NCBI GenBank assembly: GCA_030765785.1 | Contig: JAVCCC010000048.1 | Location: 872-64,871, forward strand | Length of the DNA stretch: 64,000 nucleotides | Direction: 5' to 3' | From: Candidatus Aceula lacicola | GTDB taxonomy: Bacteria > Omnitrophota > Gorgyraeia > Zapsychrales > Aceulaceae | Part shown: positions 21,557 to 31,392 of the stretch, in pieces | Layout of the letters: every line of letters starts with the position of its first letter | Position numbering within the stretch: position 1 is the stretch's first letter | The notes under the pieces: model-generated | Told to the model about the DNA's origin: nothing | Database searches by the model: none | Seen by the model: only the letters and a program-made list of their open reading frames with translations | Program-made: the position numbers and the translations under genes

Positions 21557-22485
21557 AAATTTTAAATCACTTATCAGAAATAAGAATTAAAAAGCCTGTT
21601 GTTGCAATGGGTGTTTTTGATGGAATCCACCTTGGCCATCAGACGCTGATTAAGAAAGTTGTCCGAAGGGCTAGGATAATCAAAGGGACACCTGTTGTCG
21701 TGACGTTTTTTCCTCATCCTGTGCAGGTGCTTAATAAGAATGTAGATGTTTCTCTTTTGGTTTCTTTAAAGCATCGATTGCAGCTTATTGAGGATTTAGG
21801 AGTGTCTGCTTGTGCGGTTATTCGATTTACAAAAAAGTTTTCTTTGCTGGAGCCAAAAGATTTTATAGAGAAATATTTGATGGGATCATCTCGGCCAGCT
21901 GAAATATTTGTTGGCGATGACTTTCATTTTGGAAAGAACGGATTAGGCAATGGACGAATTTTAAAGCAAATTGCAAATACATTTGGCGTCCGAGTTAAGA
22001 TCGTTCGATCTGTCGAGCTTAATAAAAAAAGGATTAGCAGCTCTCTTTTGAGAAAATTGATTGCGAAAGGGAAGCTGGGAGATGCAGAAAAATTCTTAGG
22101 GCGAAAAGTTTCGACGCTTGGCAAGGTTGTGCACGGTGACCATCGAGGGAAGCGCATCGGAACGCCAACCGCAAACATTAATCCGGGAAGAGAGATTTTG
22201 CCTCCGATGGGAGTTTATGCGGTATGTGTTAGGTTGGGATCTCAACTTTTTAATGCGGTCGCCAACATTGGCCAGAGACCTTCATTTAAAAAGGAAAATA
22301 AAATTAATCTAGAAGTTCATATTCTTGATTTTTGTAGAAATATTTATGGTAAAGAGATTGAAGTTTTGTTTTTAAAGAAAATTCGCAATGAACACAGATT
22401 TAAAACAACAAAGCTTTTGATTGAACAAATTGAGAAAGATAAGAAAAAAGTGCTTCGATATTTTCTTCAAAAGAAATCTTCGTAA
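21553..22485 (+). CDS. ribF: Bifunctional FAD synthetase / riboflavin kinase
   Basis: GVFDGIHLGH, TFFPHP, ISSS, G.PTAN, LEVHILDF. Confidence 0.96.
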   Translation: MKILNHLSEIRIKKPVVAMGVFDGIHLGHQTLIKKVVRRARIIKGTPVVVTFFPHPVQVLNKNVDVSLLVSLKHRLQLIEDLGVSACAVIRFTKKFSLLEPKDFIEKYLMGSSRPAEIFVGDDFHFGKNGLGNGRILKQIANTFGVRVKIVRSVELNKKRISSSLLRKLIAKGKLGDAEKFLGRKVSTLGKVVHGDHRGKRIGTPTANINPGREILPPMGVYAVCVRLGSQLFNAVANIGQRPSFKKENKINLEVHILDFCRNIYGKEIEVLFLKKIRNEHRFKTTKLLIEQIEKDKKKVLRYFLQKKSS

Positions 22486-22556
22486 AATTCACTCCACCTT
22501 TTTAACTTTTATATAAATCGTACATTACTAAACATTTCTTTTTTTTGTCCAAAATA

Positions 22557-22603
22557 GTACAATATCTAGCATTTAGGTCCATAATTTACACAACCTATTG
22601 TAT
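22557..22603. promoter_or_regulatory. Tandem NrdR-box-like sites, 31 bp apart
   Basis: gtaCAATATCTAGcat (22557-22572) and acaCAACCTATTGtat (22588-22603) versus consensus acaCwAtATaTwGtgt. Confidence 0.55.
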
Positions 22604-22628
22604 TGCATGAAAATACGAAAATTATGTA

Positions 22629-22657
22629 TTGACATGCCCATATATATTCTATATACT
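22629..22657 (+). promoter_or_regulatory. Sigma70 promoter of the dcw operon
   Basis: TTGACA (22629-22634), 17 bp, TATACT (22652-22657). Confidence 0.8.
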
Positions 22658-22660
22658 CAT

Positions 22661-22691
22661 AACAGTGGAACAAAGTGGAGGAAAGTGGAGG
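22661..22691 (+). promoter_or_regulatory. MraZ-binding direct repeats
   Basis: AGTGGA at 22664, 22674 and 22684 (10-bp period) between -10 and the mraZ ATG; the last repeat overlaps the RBS; matches known GTGG-type MraZ repeats. Confidence 0.85.
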
Positions 22692-22700
22692 AAATAAAAA

Positions 22701-23138
22701 ATGTTTTATGGTGAGCATACGCATGGAATAGACCGAAAAGGTCGCCTTATTCTTCCTGCTCGTTTTCGGGATGTTGCTAAAGAAAACGGGATCGACTGTT
22801 TTTTTCTTACGCGCGGTTTAGACAAATGTGTTTTTATGTTTACGGAATACGAGTGGGCTGCTCAAGAACAAAAGTTTAAGAGCATGTCTTTTACAAAACG
22901 TGAGAGCCGTAGTTTTAATCGTATGTTTTTCTCCGGGGCTGCTGATGTTTCTCCAGATAAGCAAGGCCGATTTATCATTCCCGCATATTTAAAAGATTTT
23001 GCTCAAATTAAAAAAGACGTTATTGTTATTGGCGTTTCCAACCGTATTGAAATTTGGGATCAAAAAGTTTGGAAAGATTTTTCTAGCGAATCACAAAATT
23101 CTTTCGAACAAATCGCAGAAAATATATTGGACATTTAA
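22701..23138 (+). CDS. mraZ: Division/cell wall cluster repressor MraZ
   Basis: MFYGE, DRKGRL.LPA.FR, TRGLD.C, DKQGR..IP, GV..RIEIW. Confidence 0.96.
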   Translation: MFYGEHTHGIDRKGRLILPARFRDVAKENGIDCFFLTRGLDKCVFMFTEYEWAAQEQKFKSMSFTKRESRSFNRMFFSGAADVSPDKQGRFIIPAYLKDFAQIKKDVIVIGVSNRIEIWDQKVWKDFSSESQNSFEQIAENILDI

Positions 23139-23140
23139 TT

Positions 23141-24052
23141 ATGGTTACCATGGCAAACGAGATTAAACACGTTCCAGTTATGATTAAAGAAATTCTTGAG
23201 CACTTGAATCTTTCAGAAGGTTCTTGTGTTTTGGACTGCACGCTTGGACTTGGAGGTCACAGTAAAGAAATTGCAAAGAAAATAGGGTCTCATGGTCTTC
23301 TGATTGGAATCGATCGAGATGAAGATTCGATCGTAAGAGCTCAGCAAAATTTAGAAGATTTTTCCGGTCGCTGTGCATTTGCTCAAAAAGATTTTAGAGA
23401 TTTAGACGCCGCGCTTGATAATTTTGGTGTTAGCCAAGTTGATGGTATTCTGTTCGATTTAGGAGTTTCTAGTCTTCAGCTTGATACGCCAGAAAGAGGA
23501 TTTAGTATTCGCGCTAATGGGCCTTTGGATATGCGCATGGATCGAAATAGTTTTATCTCGGCATATGATTTGGTTAATTCATTGTCGAGCAAAGAAATTT
23601 CTTCAATTCTGAAGAATTTTGGGGAAGAACGGTGGCATGAGCGAATCGCAGATCATCTGGTTAAGAGTCGCGTTAAGCATCCAATAGAATCAACAGAAGA
23701 GCTTAAAAATATTATTTTAAACGCAATTCCACATCGTTTTCAGGATCACCATATTCATCCGGCAACACGAACTTTTCAGGCTTTTCGTATTGCTGTTAAT
23801 CGTGAGCTAGAGGCACTTGAGATTGCTCTTAATAAAGCAATTCGATATCTGCGACCAGGGGGAACGATTTGCGTAATATCATTTCATTCGTTAGAAGATC
23901 GTATTGTTAAAGAGAAATTTAAGTATTTTGCTAAAGAGGAAATTTTAGAGATCATTACAAAAAAACCGCTTCGTCCAACGGAAGAAGAAGCAGAGTGCAA
24001 TGTTCGTTCGCGCAGTGCGCGTTTGCGTGTTGCAAGACGAATTAAGAAATAG
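23141..24052 (+). CDS. rsmH: 16S rRNA C1402 N4-methyltransferase RsmH/MraW
   Basis: HVPVM, DCTLGLGGH, DLGVSS.QLD, PLDMRM, TRTFQA.RI.VN.EL, ISFHSLEDR. Confidence 0.97.
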   Translation: MVTMANEIKHVPVMIKEILEHLNLSEGSCVLDCTLGLGGHSKEIAKKIGSHGLLIGIDRDEDSIVRAQQNLEDFSGRCAFAQKDFRDLDAALDNFGVSQVDGILFDLGVSSLQLDTPERGFSIRANGPLDMRMDRNSFISAYDLVNSLSSKEISSILKNFGEERWHERIADHLVKSRVKHPIESTEELKNIILNAIPHRFQDHHIHPATRTFQAFRIAVNRELEALEIALNKAIRYLRPGGTICVISFHSLEDRIVKEKFKYFAKEEILEIITKKPLRPTEEEAECNVRSRSARLRVARRIKK

Positions 24053-24063
24053 AAAAGGAAAGA

Positions 24064-24447
24064 ATGAATTTTAAGAAATTTTTAACTGCAATCGTATGCA
24101 TCACAGCTGTTGCGCTAATTTATATTCAAATGCAGGTAAAAATTTATGATCTTGCCTACCAAGGAAAACACAGAGAGAAAGAAATCTTTAAACTTATTGA
24201 TGATAGCGGTCACGTCATTTATAATATTGCTAAGTTAAAGTCATCAAGCTCATTAGGCGAAAGATTTTTGGTAAAGAATTCGGATGTCGATTTTTTAGAC
24301 TCTCGAAAAGTTGTTCATCTAAAAGTATCAACCAAGCTTGCTGCCAATAAGCTTCCGGAATGGGAATCAGTGCTCAAAAGAACAACTGGTCTTTTGGCCA
24401 GCGTCTTTTCTCTGAAGTCTGTAGCGGAAGCAAAATCAATACGATAA
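24064..24447 (+). CDS. ftsL: Probable cell division protein FtsL
   Basis: Small bitopic protein between rsmH and ftsI; call is mostly positional. Confidence 0.55.
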   Translation: MNFKKFLTAIVCITAVALIYIQMQVKIYDLAYQGKHREKEIFKLIDDSGHVIYNIAKLKSSSSLGERFLVKNSDVDFLDSRKVVHLKVSTKLAANKLPEWESVLKRTTGLLASVFSLKSVAEAKSIR

Positions 24448-24467
24448 CATTAATATAATAAAAATTC

Positions 24468-26150
24468 GTGTATTTTAAAAGACACTCACTCCGATTTGTT
24501 TTTTTATTCCTTCTTTTTTTCTGCTTATTAATATTTTTTGTCGCGAAGCTTATTTTTATTCAAGTTTTTAAGTCAGACTATCTCTCAGGACTTGCTGATC
24601 GACAGCATAGCCATATTTTACGTTTAGAGCCTAAAAGAGGGACGATTTATGATCGAAAACTTCGGCCGTTAGCTTTAAATGTTACAGCGTATTCTTTGTA
24701 TGCTTCGCCACGTACTATGAGCGAGGAACAAAGAGATAAGGCTATCAAAGCTCTTCAAAAAATGTTAGGGTTGGAGGAAAGTTTTTTGAAAGATCGAATG
24801 AATCGAGATAAGAATTTTATATGGATTGCGCGCAAGTTGTCACCTGAACAGGCGGATAAGGTAAAAGCTTTAAAGATTAAAGGTTTAGATTTCATGAAGG
24901 AGAGTAGGCGCTATTATCCCGGTCAATCATTGGCGGCACATATTATTGGTTTTGCGGGTATTGATAATTATGGACTGGAAGGCCTTGAATTAGAATACAA
25001 TGAATTTCTGCGTGGACAATTTGGAATGGCGCAGATCTTGCGGGATGCCAAGCAGCGAGAACTTTTAATCCAAAAAAGTTTCTTACTTCCAAGAGATGGA
25101 TTTGATTTAGTTTTGACGATTGATGAAACGATTCAGTATTTTGCCGAACAGGCTCTGGATAAGGCTTTTAAAAAGCATCATGCAAAAGGTGCCAGCATTA
25201 TTGTGATGAATCCAAAGACGGGAGAAATTCTAGCGCTTGCGAACCGACCAACATATAATTTGAGCGACATAGGGTCAAGCGCTTTAGACAGTCGTAGAAA
25301 TCGTTCTGTAAGCGATATGTACGAGCCTGGTTCTGTTTTTAAGATTGTAACTGCTTCTGCTGCACTGGAGGAGGATGCATTCGGCGAAGATGATGAAATT
25401 TTTTGTGAAAATGGAGAATATAGAGTAGCAAATCATATTTTGCATGATCATCATGCCCAAGGGACATTAACCTTTAAGGGGGTTATTGAGCAATCAAGCA
25501 ATATTGGAACTGTTAAGGTTGCTCAAAAAATTGGGGGAAAAATTGTTAACCACTATGCGAGGCTATTTCAGTTTGGAAAAGCAACTGGTATTAATTTGCC
25601 AGGTGAAGTTCCAGGTGTTTTAAAGCCTGTCTCACGCTGGTCTGGAACTTCAATTGGGGCCGTTCCTATTGGCCACGAGGTAGGCGTGACGCCGTTGCAA
25701 CTCGTATGTGCTGTTTCCGCTATTGCTAATGGTGGTATTTATATGAAACCGTTTATTGTTCAGTATATTCGAGATCAAAAGGGAGAAGTTATTAATGGGT
25801 TCTTTCCGCAGCCAATTACGGAAGTCATTAGTCAAGAAACCGCAGAACGTGTTAAAAATATTTTGGTTGGCGTTGTAGATAATGGGACTGGTCGAAGAGC
25901 GCAGATTAAGGGTGTGAAAGTTGCTGGTAAAACAGGAACGGCTCAGAAAATTGTTAATGGTGTTTATTCGCATAGTAAATATTATGCAACATTTATTGGA
26001 TTTGCACCAGCAGACGATCCTAAGATTGCAATGGTTGTGTTTTTTGATGAGCCTCACCCTAATCATTATGGTGGAACAGTTTCAGCTCCAGTTTTTAGAG
26101 AAGTTGTAGAAAATGTGTTAAAATATTTAAGGGCAAACGACGTAAAATAA
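24468..26150 (+). CDS. ftsI: Class B penicillin-binding protein FtsI/PBP3
   Basis: RGTIYDR, RYYP, GLEGLE, YEPGSVFK (SxxK), SSN, GKTGTAQK. Confidence 0.93.
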   Translation: MYFKRHSLRFVFLFLLFFCLLIFFVAKLIFIQVFKSDYLSGLADRQHSHILRLEPKRGTIYDRKLRPLALNVTAYSLYASPRTMSEEQRDKAIKALQKMLGLEESFLKDRMNRDKNFIWIARKLSPEQADKVKALKIKGLDFMKESRRYYPGQSLAAHIIGFAGIDNYGLEGLELEYNEFLRGQFGMAQILRDAKQRELLIQKSFLLPRDGFDLVLTIDETIQYFAEQALDKAFKKHHAKGASIIVMNPKTGEILALANRPTYNLSDIGSSALDSRRNRSVSDMYEPGSVFKIVTASAALEEDAFGEDDEIFCENGEYRVANHILHDHHAQGTLTFKGVIEQSSNIGTVKVAQKIGGKIVNHYARLFQFGKATGINLPGEVPGVLKPVSRWSGTSIGAVPIGHEVGVTPLQLVCAVSAIANGGIYMKPFIVQYIRDQKGEVINGFFPQPITEVISQETAERVKNILVGVVDNGTGRRAQIKGVKVAGKTGTAQKIVNGVYSHSKYYATFIGFAPADDPKIAMVVFFDEPHPNHYGGTVSAPVFREVVENVLKYLRANDVK

Positions 26151-26161
26151 GGGAAGAAAAA

Positions 26162-27616
26162 GTGAAGCTAAAGGATTTGATTAAGGATATTTACCAAAAA
26201 GAGATTGAGGATCGTTTTTTGATTTACGATGTTCAGTCTGTTTCATGCGATTCTCGAACTGTTAAACAGGGAGGGCTTTTTGTTGCGATTAAGGGAGTTC
26301 GACAGGATGGCATCGACTATGTTGATGAGGCTATTGCAAGAGGTGCAATTGTTGTTGCTGTTGACAACAATCAATTTATGGATATTTTGAATAAGAATAT
26401 TTGTGTTCTGAAGGTCGATGATACGAGACGGTTTTTAGCCGATACGGCAAAGCGAATTTATGATTTTCCATCAGAAAAAGTGCAGTGCTTCGGAATCACT
26501 GGCACAAACGGAAAAACAACAATTTCATATTTGATTGAATCAATTTTTAAGACCGCTGGGCAAAGATGCGGTGTTATTGGGACAGTTAATTGTCGGTATG
26601 GTGAGCATGTTGTTCCCATTGAAAACACAACGCCTAACATCGTCGATATTTGTCGCTATTTAATGGATATGAGTAAAAATGGGTTTTCGCATTGCGCGAT
26701 GGAAGTTTCTTCTCATGCGCTTGATCAAGGTAGAGTTTTTGGCGTTGATTTTAAGGTGGGTATCTTTACAAATTTGACACAAGATCATCTTGATTATCAC
26801 CATAGCATGGAAAGCTATTTTTTAGCAAAATCAAAACTTTTTTCTTCTCTTTCAGCTGATTCTTTTGCCATTGTTAATGTAGATGATTTTTGGGGTCAGA
26901 AAATAATTGAGCGAACAGATGCTAAAATCATTTCTTATGGAATTCACAACAAGGCTGATGTGATGGCTTTGAATATTGAGCCAACATTGGTTGGGTCGAG
27001 ATTTGTATTAAAATTAGGCAAAGATGAGGCAGAACTTGAAACTACGCTTATTGGAGAGCATAATATTTATAATATTTTAGCTGCCGCAGCGACTAGCTAT
27101 TATGCGGGTGTTAAATTTGAAGATATTCAAGCAGGAATTGAATATTTTAATCATGTTCCAGGAAGACTTGAGCCTGTTATAAGGGGGCAGGATTTTTTTG
27201 CCTTTGTAGATTATGCACACACAGAGGATGCTTTAAAGAATGTTTTAAAAAGCCTTCGAGTGGTTAGTCAAGGAAAGCTGATTGTTGTTTTTGGTTGTGG
27301 CGGTGATCGCGATAAGACGAAAAGGGTCAAAATGGGAAGCACTGTAAGCGCGTTGGCGGATTTTGCAATTATTACAAACGATAATCCTCGTAGCGAGAAT
27401 CCGGATGATATTGCGCATAAGATTGCATCAGGTTTTGAGCATGATCGATATCAAATTATTTTGGATCGTCGCCAAGCGATTCAAAAAGCATTTTCTATGG
27501 CTGAGAAAAATGATGTCGTTTTGATAGCCGGTAAAGGGCATGAAAATTATCAAATTTTAAAGCATAAAACAATTCGTTTTGATGATCGACAAGTTGCCAG
27601 GGAGTGCTTGTCATGA
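26162..27616 (+). CDS. murE: UDP-MurNAc-tripeptide synthetase MurE
   Basis: GITGTNGKTT, MEVSSHAL, NLTQDHLDYH, DYAHT, DNPR (meso-DAP type), AGKGHE. Confidence 0.97.
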   Translation: MKLKDLIKDIYQKEIEDRFLIYDVQSVSCDSRTVKQGGLFVAIKGVRQDGIDYVDEAIARGAIVVAVDNNQFMDILNKNICVLKVDDTRRFLADTAKRIYDFPSEKVQCFGITGTNGKTTISYLIESIFKTAGQRCGVIGTVNCRYGEHVVPIENTTPNIVDICRYLMDMSKNGFSHCAMEVSSHALDQGRVFGVDFKVGIFTNLTQDHLDYHHSMESYFLAKSKLFSSLSADSFAIVNVDDFWGQKIIERTDAKIISYGIHNKADVMALNIEPTLVGSRFVLKLGKDEAELETTLIGEHNIYNILAAAATSYYAGVKFEDIQAGIEYFNHVPGRLEPVIRGQDFFAFVDYAHTEDALKNVLKSLRVVSQGKLIVVFGCGGDRDKTKRVKMGSTVSALADFAIITNDNPRSENPDDIAHKIASGFEHDRYQIILDRRQAIQKAFSMAEKNDVVLIAGKGHENYQILKHKTIRFDDRQVARECLS

Positions 27617-28962
27617 TGAATGTCAAAGAGATTATCGAAGCAACAGGCGGACATTTTTTATATGGAGATCCGAATAAGAAAATTAGCGGTGTCTCTATCG
27701 ATTCTAGGACGATTCGTCCGAGAAATCTTTTTATTGCGCTGAAAGGGAAGAGATATGATGGGCATAGGTTTTTATTATCTGCAGTTCAAAAAAAGGCGAG
27801 TGTTGTCCTAGTTTCCCAGAGACCAAAAAAGCATATTTTAAACGTTTCGATTATTGTCGTTGAAGATACAGCCCGCGCCTTAGAAGATTTGGCTCAATTT
27901 TACCGATCAAGATTTTCTATTCCAATCATTGCAATCACAGGAAGCTCTGGAAAAACAACAACCAAAGAGCTGATTGCGTCTGTTCTGTCAAAGAAATTTA
28001 ATATATTGAAAAGTTTATCGACGGAAAATAATTTTATTGGAGTCTCTAAAACATTGTTAAAACTTAAGCCTAAGCATGATATCGCAATCTTAGAGTTTGG
28101 GACAAATCATTTTGGCGAGATTGAAAATCTTGCCCGCATTGCACATCCTACTATTTCCGTTTTAACAAATATTGGAGAATCGCACCTCGCGTTTTTAAAG
28201 ACACCGGCTGGTGTCTTTAGAGAGAAGAAGGCAATTTATAAGAATTTAAATAAGAATGGAATTGTTGTTTTTAATAATGATGATTTTTTTCTAAAGAAAA
28301 TTAGTTTAGAACGCAGCAAGGCAAGAAAAGTTTCTTTTTCAATTCAAAGACGATCGAGCTGTCAGGCGAAGAGCGTGAAGCGAACAGAAAAAGGAATAGA
28401 GTTTTCTATAGGATCGAAAAAAATCTTTATCAAGGCATTTTCCTCTTCTTATGTTTACAATGCTTTGTGCGCAATTGTTGTTGGTCGATTATTTAAGATT
28501 CCATCAAAAGAAATAAAAGAATGTATTGCGCGTAATCGTTTACCAAAGCAACGGCAACATTGTTATCGAACGAAAAAGAAATTTTGGATAATCGATGATA
28601 CGTATAATGCAAATCCGTTGTCTGTGAAGTCTGCCATTGAATCGCTTGCCTGCTTTTCTGCGAAAGGAAAGCGTGTTTTTGTTTTTGGTGACATGAATGA
28701 GCTTGGCCTAAAAGCAAAAGCGGCTCATGAATCGGTTGGGCGACAAGTCGCCAAAAGCAACATTGATTGCTTTGTCACTGTTGGAAAGAGGGCAAAACTT
28801 GCGAGCAATTCCATAAAGAATAAAAAGATTATAAAAGCAAACTTTTTATCCTGTAGTCCTGCCAGTAAATTTCTAAAAACACTGATTGCTCCTGATGATG
28901 TTGTTTTAATTAAAGGGTCTCGTAGTGTGCGTATGGAAGAAATTGTCCGGAAAATCGGATGA
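27613..28962 (+). CDS. murF: UDP-MurNAc-pentapeptide synthetase MurF
   Basis: IDSR, AITGSSGKTTTKE, DDTYNANP.S, GDM.ELG, KGSR. Confidence 0.95.
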   Translation: MMNVKEIIEATGGHFLYGDPNKKISGVSIDSRTIRPRNLFIALKGKRYDGHRFLLSAVQKKASVVLVSQRPKKHILNVSIIVVEDTARALEDLAQFYRSRFSIPIIAITGSSGKTTTKELIASVLSKKFNILKSLSTENNFIGVSKTLLKLKPKHDIAILEFGTNHFGEIENLARIAHPTISVLTNIGESHLAFLKTPAGVFREKKAIYKNLNKNGIVVFNNDDFFLKKISLERSKARKVSFSIQRRSSCQAKSVKRTEKGIEFSIGSKKIFIKAFSSSYVYNALCAIVVGRLFKIPSKEIKECIARNRLPKQRQHCYRTKKKFWIIDDTYNANPLSVKSAIESLACFSAKGKRVFVFGDMNELGLKAKAAHESVGRQVAKSNIDCFVTVGKRAKLASNSIKNKKIIKANFLSCSPASKFLKTLIAPDDVVLIKGSRSVRMEEIVRKIG

Positions 28963-29039
28963 TTAAATCCTAAGTAAATTCTTTTATTTTCTTTCCGTTA
29001 CTATATAATAGGATTAATATTCTTACTAAAGGAGTTGCT

Positions 29040-30125
29040 ATGCTTTATTTCTTGTCTACCTTCCGCGATGCTTTTTCTGGGCTTAACATTTTTCGCTATA
29101 TCACTTTCCGCGCTGGTGCAGCTGCATTTACTTCGTTTTTGCTGTGCATTATTATTGGACCGCTTGTTATACGAAAACTTAAAAACGATAAAATTAGAGA
29201 GGATGCGGGCCGTGAACATTGTGATAAGCTTTCTGAGATTCAGAAGCATAAGCAAGGTACTCCGACCATGGGAGGCATTTTTATTATTGGCAGCATCTTA
29301 ATTTCTGTTTTACTTTGGTCTGATTTAAGCAGCCCGTATGTGCTTATAACAATTTTAACGTGTATTTGGTTGGCTATTCTCGGATTTGTGGATGATCATT
29401 TAAAGGTTGTACAGGGCAATCAGAAAGGTCTTCATGCGCGAACAAAATTAATCTGGCAATCGCTTTTAGGATGTCTCGTTGGTTATTTTATTTTCTGGCA
29501 TCCTGAAATTTCGACTAAGCTCGACATTCCTTTTTTCAAACTGTCTGTTTTGAATTTGGGTATTTTCTATATTCCATTTGCAATTTTAATTATTGTTGGA
29601 AGTTCAAATGCTGTCAATTTAACTGATGGGCTTGATGGCCTTGCGATTGGTTGCGTTTTGATTGTTGCTATGGGATTGGGTTCTCTTTCGTATATATCGG
29701 GACATTTTAAGTTTGCAGAATATTTATTTTTACCATATATCCAAGGGGGTGGAGAGCTTTCAGTTTTTTGCGCTGCTATTTTAGGGGCAAGCTTAGGATT
29801 TTTGTGGTTTAATTGTTATCCGGCGTCTATTTTTATGGGCGATACGGGATCTTTGGCTCTTGGCGGAACCTTGGGGATAATTGCTATTTTAATTAAGAAA
29901 GAATTACTTCTTGTTATCTTAGGCGGCATTTTTGTCATGGAAGCATTATCAGTTATTCTGCAAGTCGGATCCGTTAAGCTGAGAAAGAAAAGGATGTTTA
30001 AAATAGCTCCGTTTCATCATCATTTGCAATTTTTGGGATGGAGTGAATCAAAAATTATTATACGATTTTGGATTATTGCAGTTATCTTAGCACTTTTAAC
30101 ATTAACGACGCTTAAGATTAGGTAG
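29040..30125 (+). CDS. mraY: Phospho-N-acetylmuramoyl-pentapeptide transferase
   Basis: K.GTPTMGG, GFVDD, NAVNLTDGLDGLA, FMGDTGSL, APFHHH. Confidence 0.98.
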   Translation: MLYFLSTFRDAFSGLNIFRYITFRAGAAAFTSFLLCIIIGPLVIRKLKNDKIREDAGREHCDKLSEIQKHKQGTPTMGGIFIIGSILISVLLWSDLSSPYVLITILTCIWLAILGFVDDHLKVVQGNQKGLHARTKLIWQSLLGCLVGYFIFWHPEISTKLDIPFFKLSVLNLGIFYIPFAILIIVGSSNAVNLTDGLDGLAIGCVLIVAMGLGSLSYISGHFKFAEYLFLPYIQGGGELSVFCAAILGASLGFLWFNCYPASIFMGDTGSLALGGTLGIIAILIKKELLLVILGGIFVMEALSVILQVGSVKLRKKRMFKIAPFHHHLQFLGWSESKIIIRFWIIAVILALLTLTTLKIR

Positions 30126-30129
30126 TCTT

Positions 30130-31392
30130 GTGGACGTAAGAAATAAAAAAGTAACAATTATTGGGTTTGGCCGTAGTGGGTCTGCAATTGCAGATTTGGT
30201 TCTGCAATTAGGGGGAGTCGTTCAGATTTCAGACTCGGCCCCAAAAGAAAAAGTTCAAGAAATGATTGCGCAGACAAATCTTGAAAGCAATATTTGTCTG
30301 GAATCAGATCATCATACCGAAGAATTTATTAAAAATAGTGATTTTGTTGTTCTTAGCCCTGGAGTTCGATTTGATTCTCAGGTTGTTGCGTGGGCAATGG
30401 AGGCAAAGATTCCTTGTTTTAGCGAGATTGAGTTTGCCTGGATGTTTTGTAAGAATTCAATTGTCGCCGTGACAGGGAGTAACGGAAAAACAACTGTTTC
30501 TACTTTGATTAGCCAAATTCTTGAGAGTGCTGGCAAAAAAACATGCCTATGCGGCAACATTGGTTCTCCATTTACAAAGCATGTTCTTAACCTCACTAGT
30601 GATCAAGTTGTCGTTCTTGAAGTAAGCTCATTTCAGCTTGAGTCAATTGAAAGGTTTCGTGCGCATGTCGCTATTTTTCTGAATTGTACACAAAATCATC
30701 TGGATCGTCATAAAGATATGGATGATTATTTTTTAGCAAAATCAAAGATTTTTTTGAATCAGGATGAAAAAGATTATGCTATTGTTAATTTTAATGATGA
30801 TCGAACAAAAGGCATCGCTTCAAAGATTAAGGCAAAAATTGTCTATTTTAATGATCCTCAACAATTGAAGAAATTTCCAGACGAAAATCTAAATTTTCTT
30901 GCGGCTCGATGTGTCTGTCATGTTTTTGGCGTTTCGGATGAAATCATAGATGGTGTGTTAAAAAAGTTCAAGGGTGTAGAGCATCGCCTAGAATGGGTTC
31001 GATCTATTGATGATATCGATTTTATTAATGATTCAAAGGCAACAACAGCTGAAGCTGGACGCTGGGCTCTGGAAAGAGCGGAAAAGCCGGTTGTTATGAT
31101 TTGTGGTGGTCGGGACAAGAATATTGATTTTACAGTTTTGCGGGATCTTATAAAGGCAAAAGTAAAAGAGATGGTGGTTATTGGTGAGTCGAGGGATAAG
31201 ATTAGAGATGCTTTTTCTGATGTTGTGGATGTTGAGCTAGAAGATTCTCTAGAGGGTGCTGTCTTAAAAGCAAAGGAATTCTCGCAACAAGGTGATTGTG
31301 TTTTATTTTCACCGATGTGCACAAGTTTTGATATGTTTTTAAATTTTGAAGAACGGGGAAAAGTTTTTAAGGAAATTGTTGAGAGTTTATAA
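30130..31392 (+). CDS. murD: UDP-MurNAc-L-Ala--D-Glu ligase MurD
   Basis: GFGRSG, SPGV, AVTGSNGKTT, LEVSSFQL, HLDRH, NDSKAT, SP.C.SFD.F..FEERG. Confidence 0.96.
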   Translation: MDVRNKKVTIIGFGRSGSAIADLVLQLGGVVQISDSAPKEKVQEMIAQTNLESNICLESDHHTEEFIKNSDFVVLSPGVRFDSQVVAWAMEAKIPCFSEIEFAWMFCKNSIVAVTGSNGKTTVSTLISQILESAGKKTCLCGNIGSPFTKHVLNLTSDQVVVLEVSSFQLESIERFRAHVAIFLNCTQNHLDRHKDMDDYFLAKSKIFLNQDEKDYAIVNFNDDRTKGIASKIKAKIVYFNDPQQLKKFPDENLNFLAARCVCHVFGVSDEIIDGVLKKFKGVEHRLEWVRSIDDIDFINDSKATTAEAGRWALERAEKPVVMICGGRDKNIDFTVLRDLIKAKVKEMVVIGESRDKIRDAFSDVVDVELEDSLEGAVLKAKEFSQQGDCVLFSPMCTSFDMFLNFEERGKVFKEIVESL

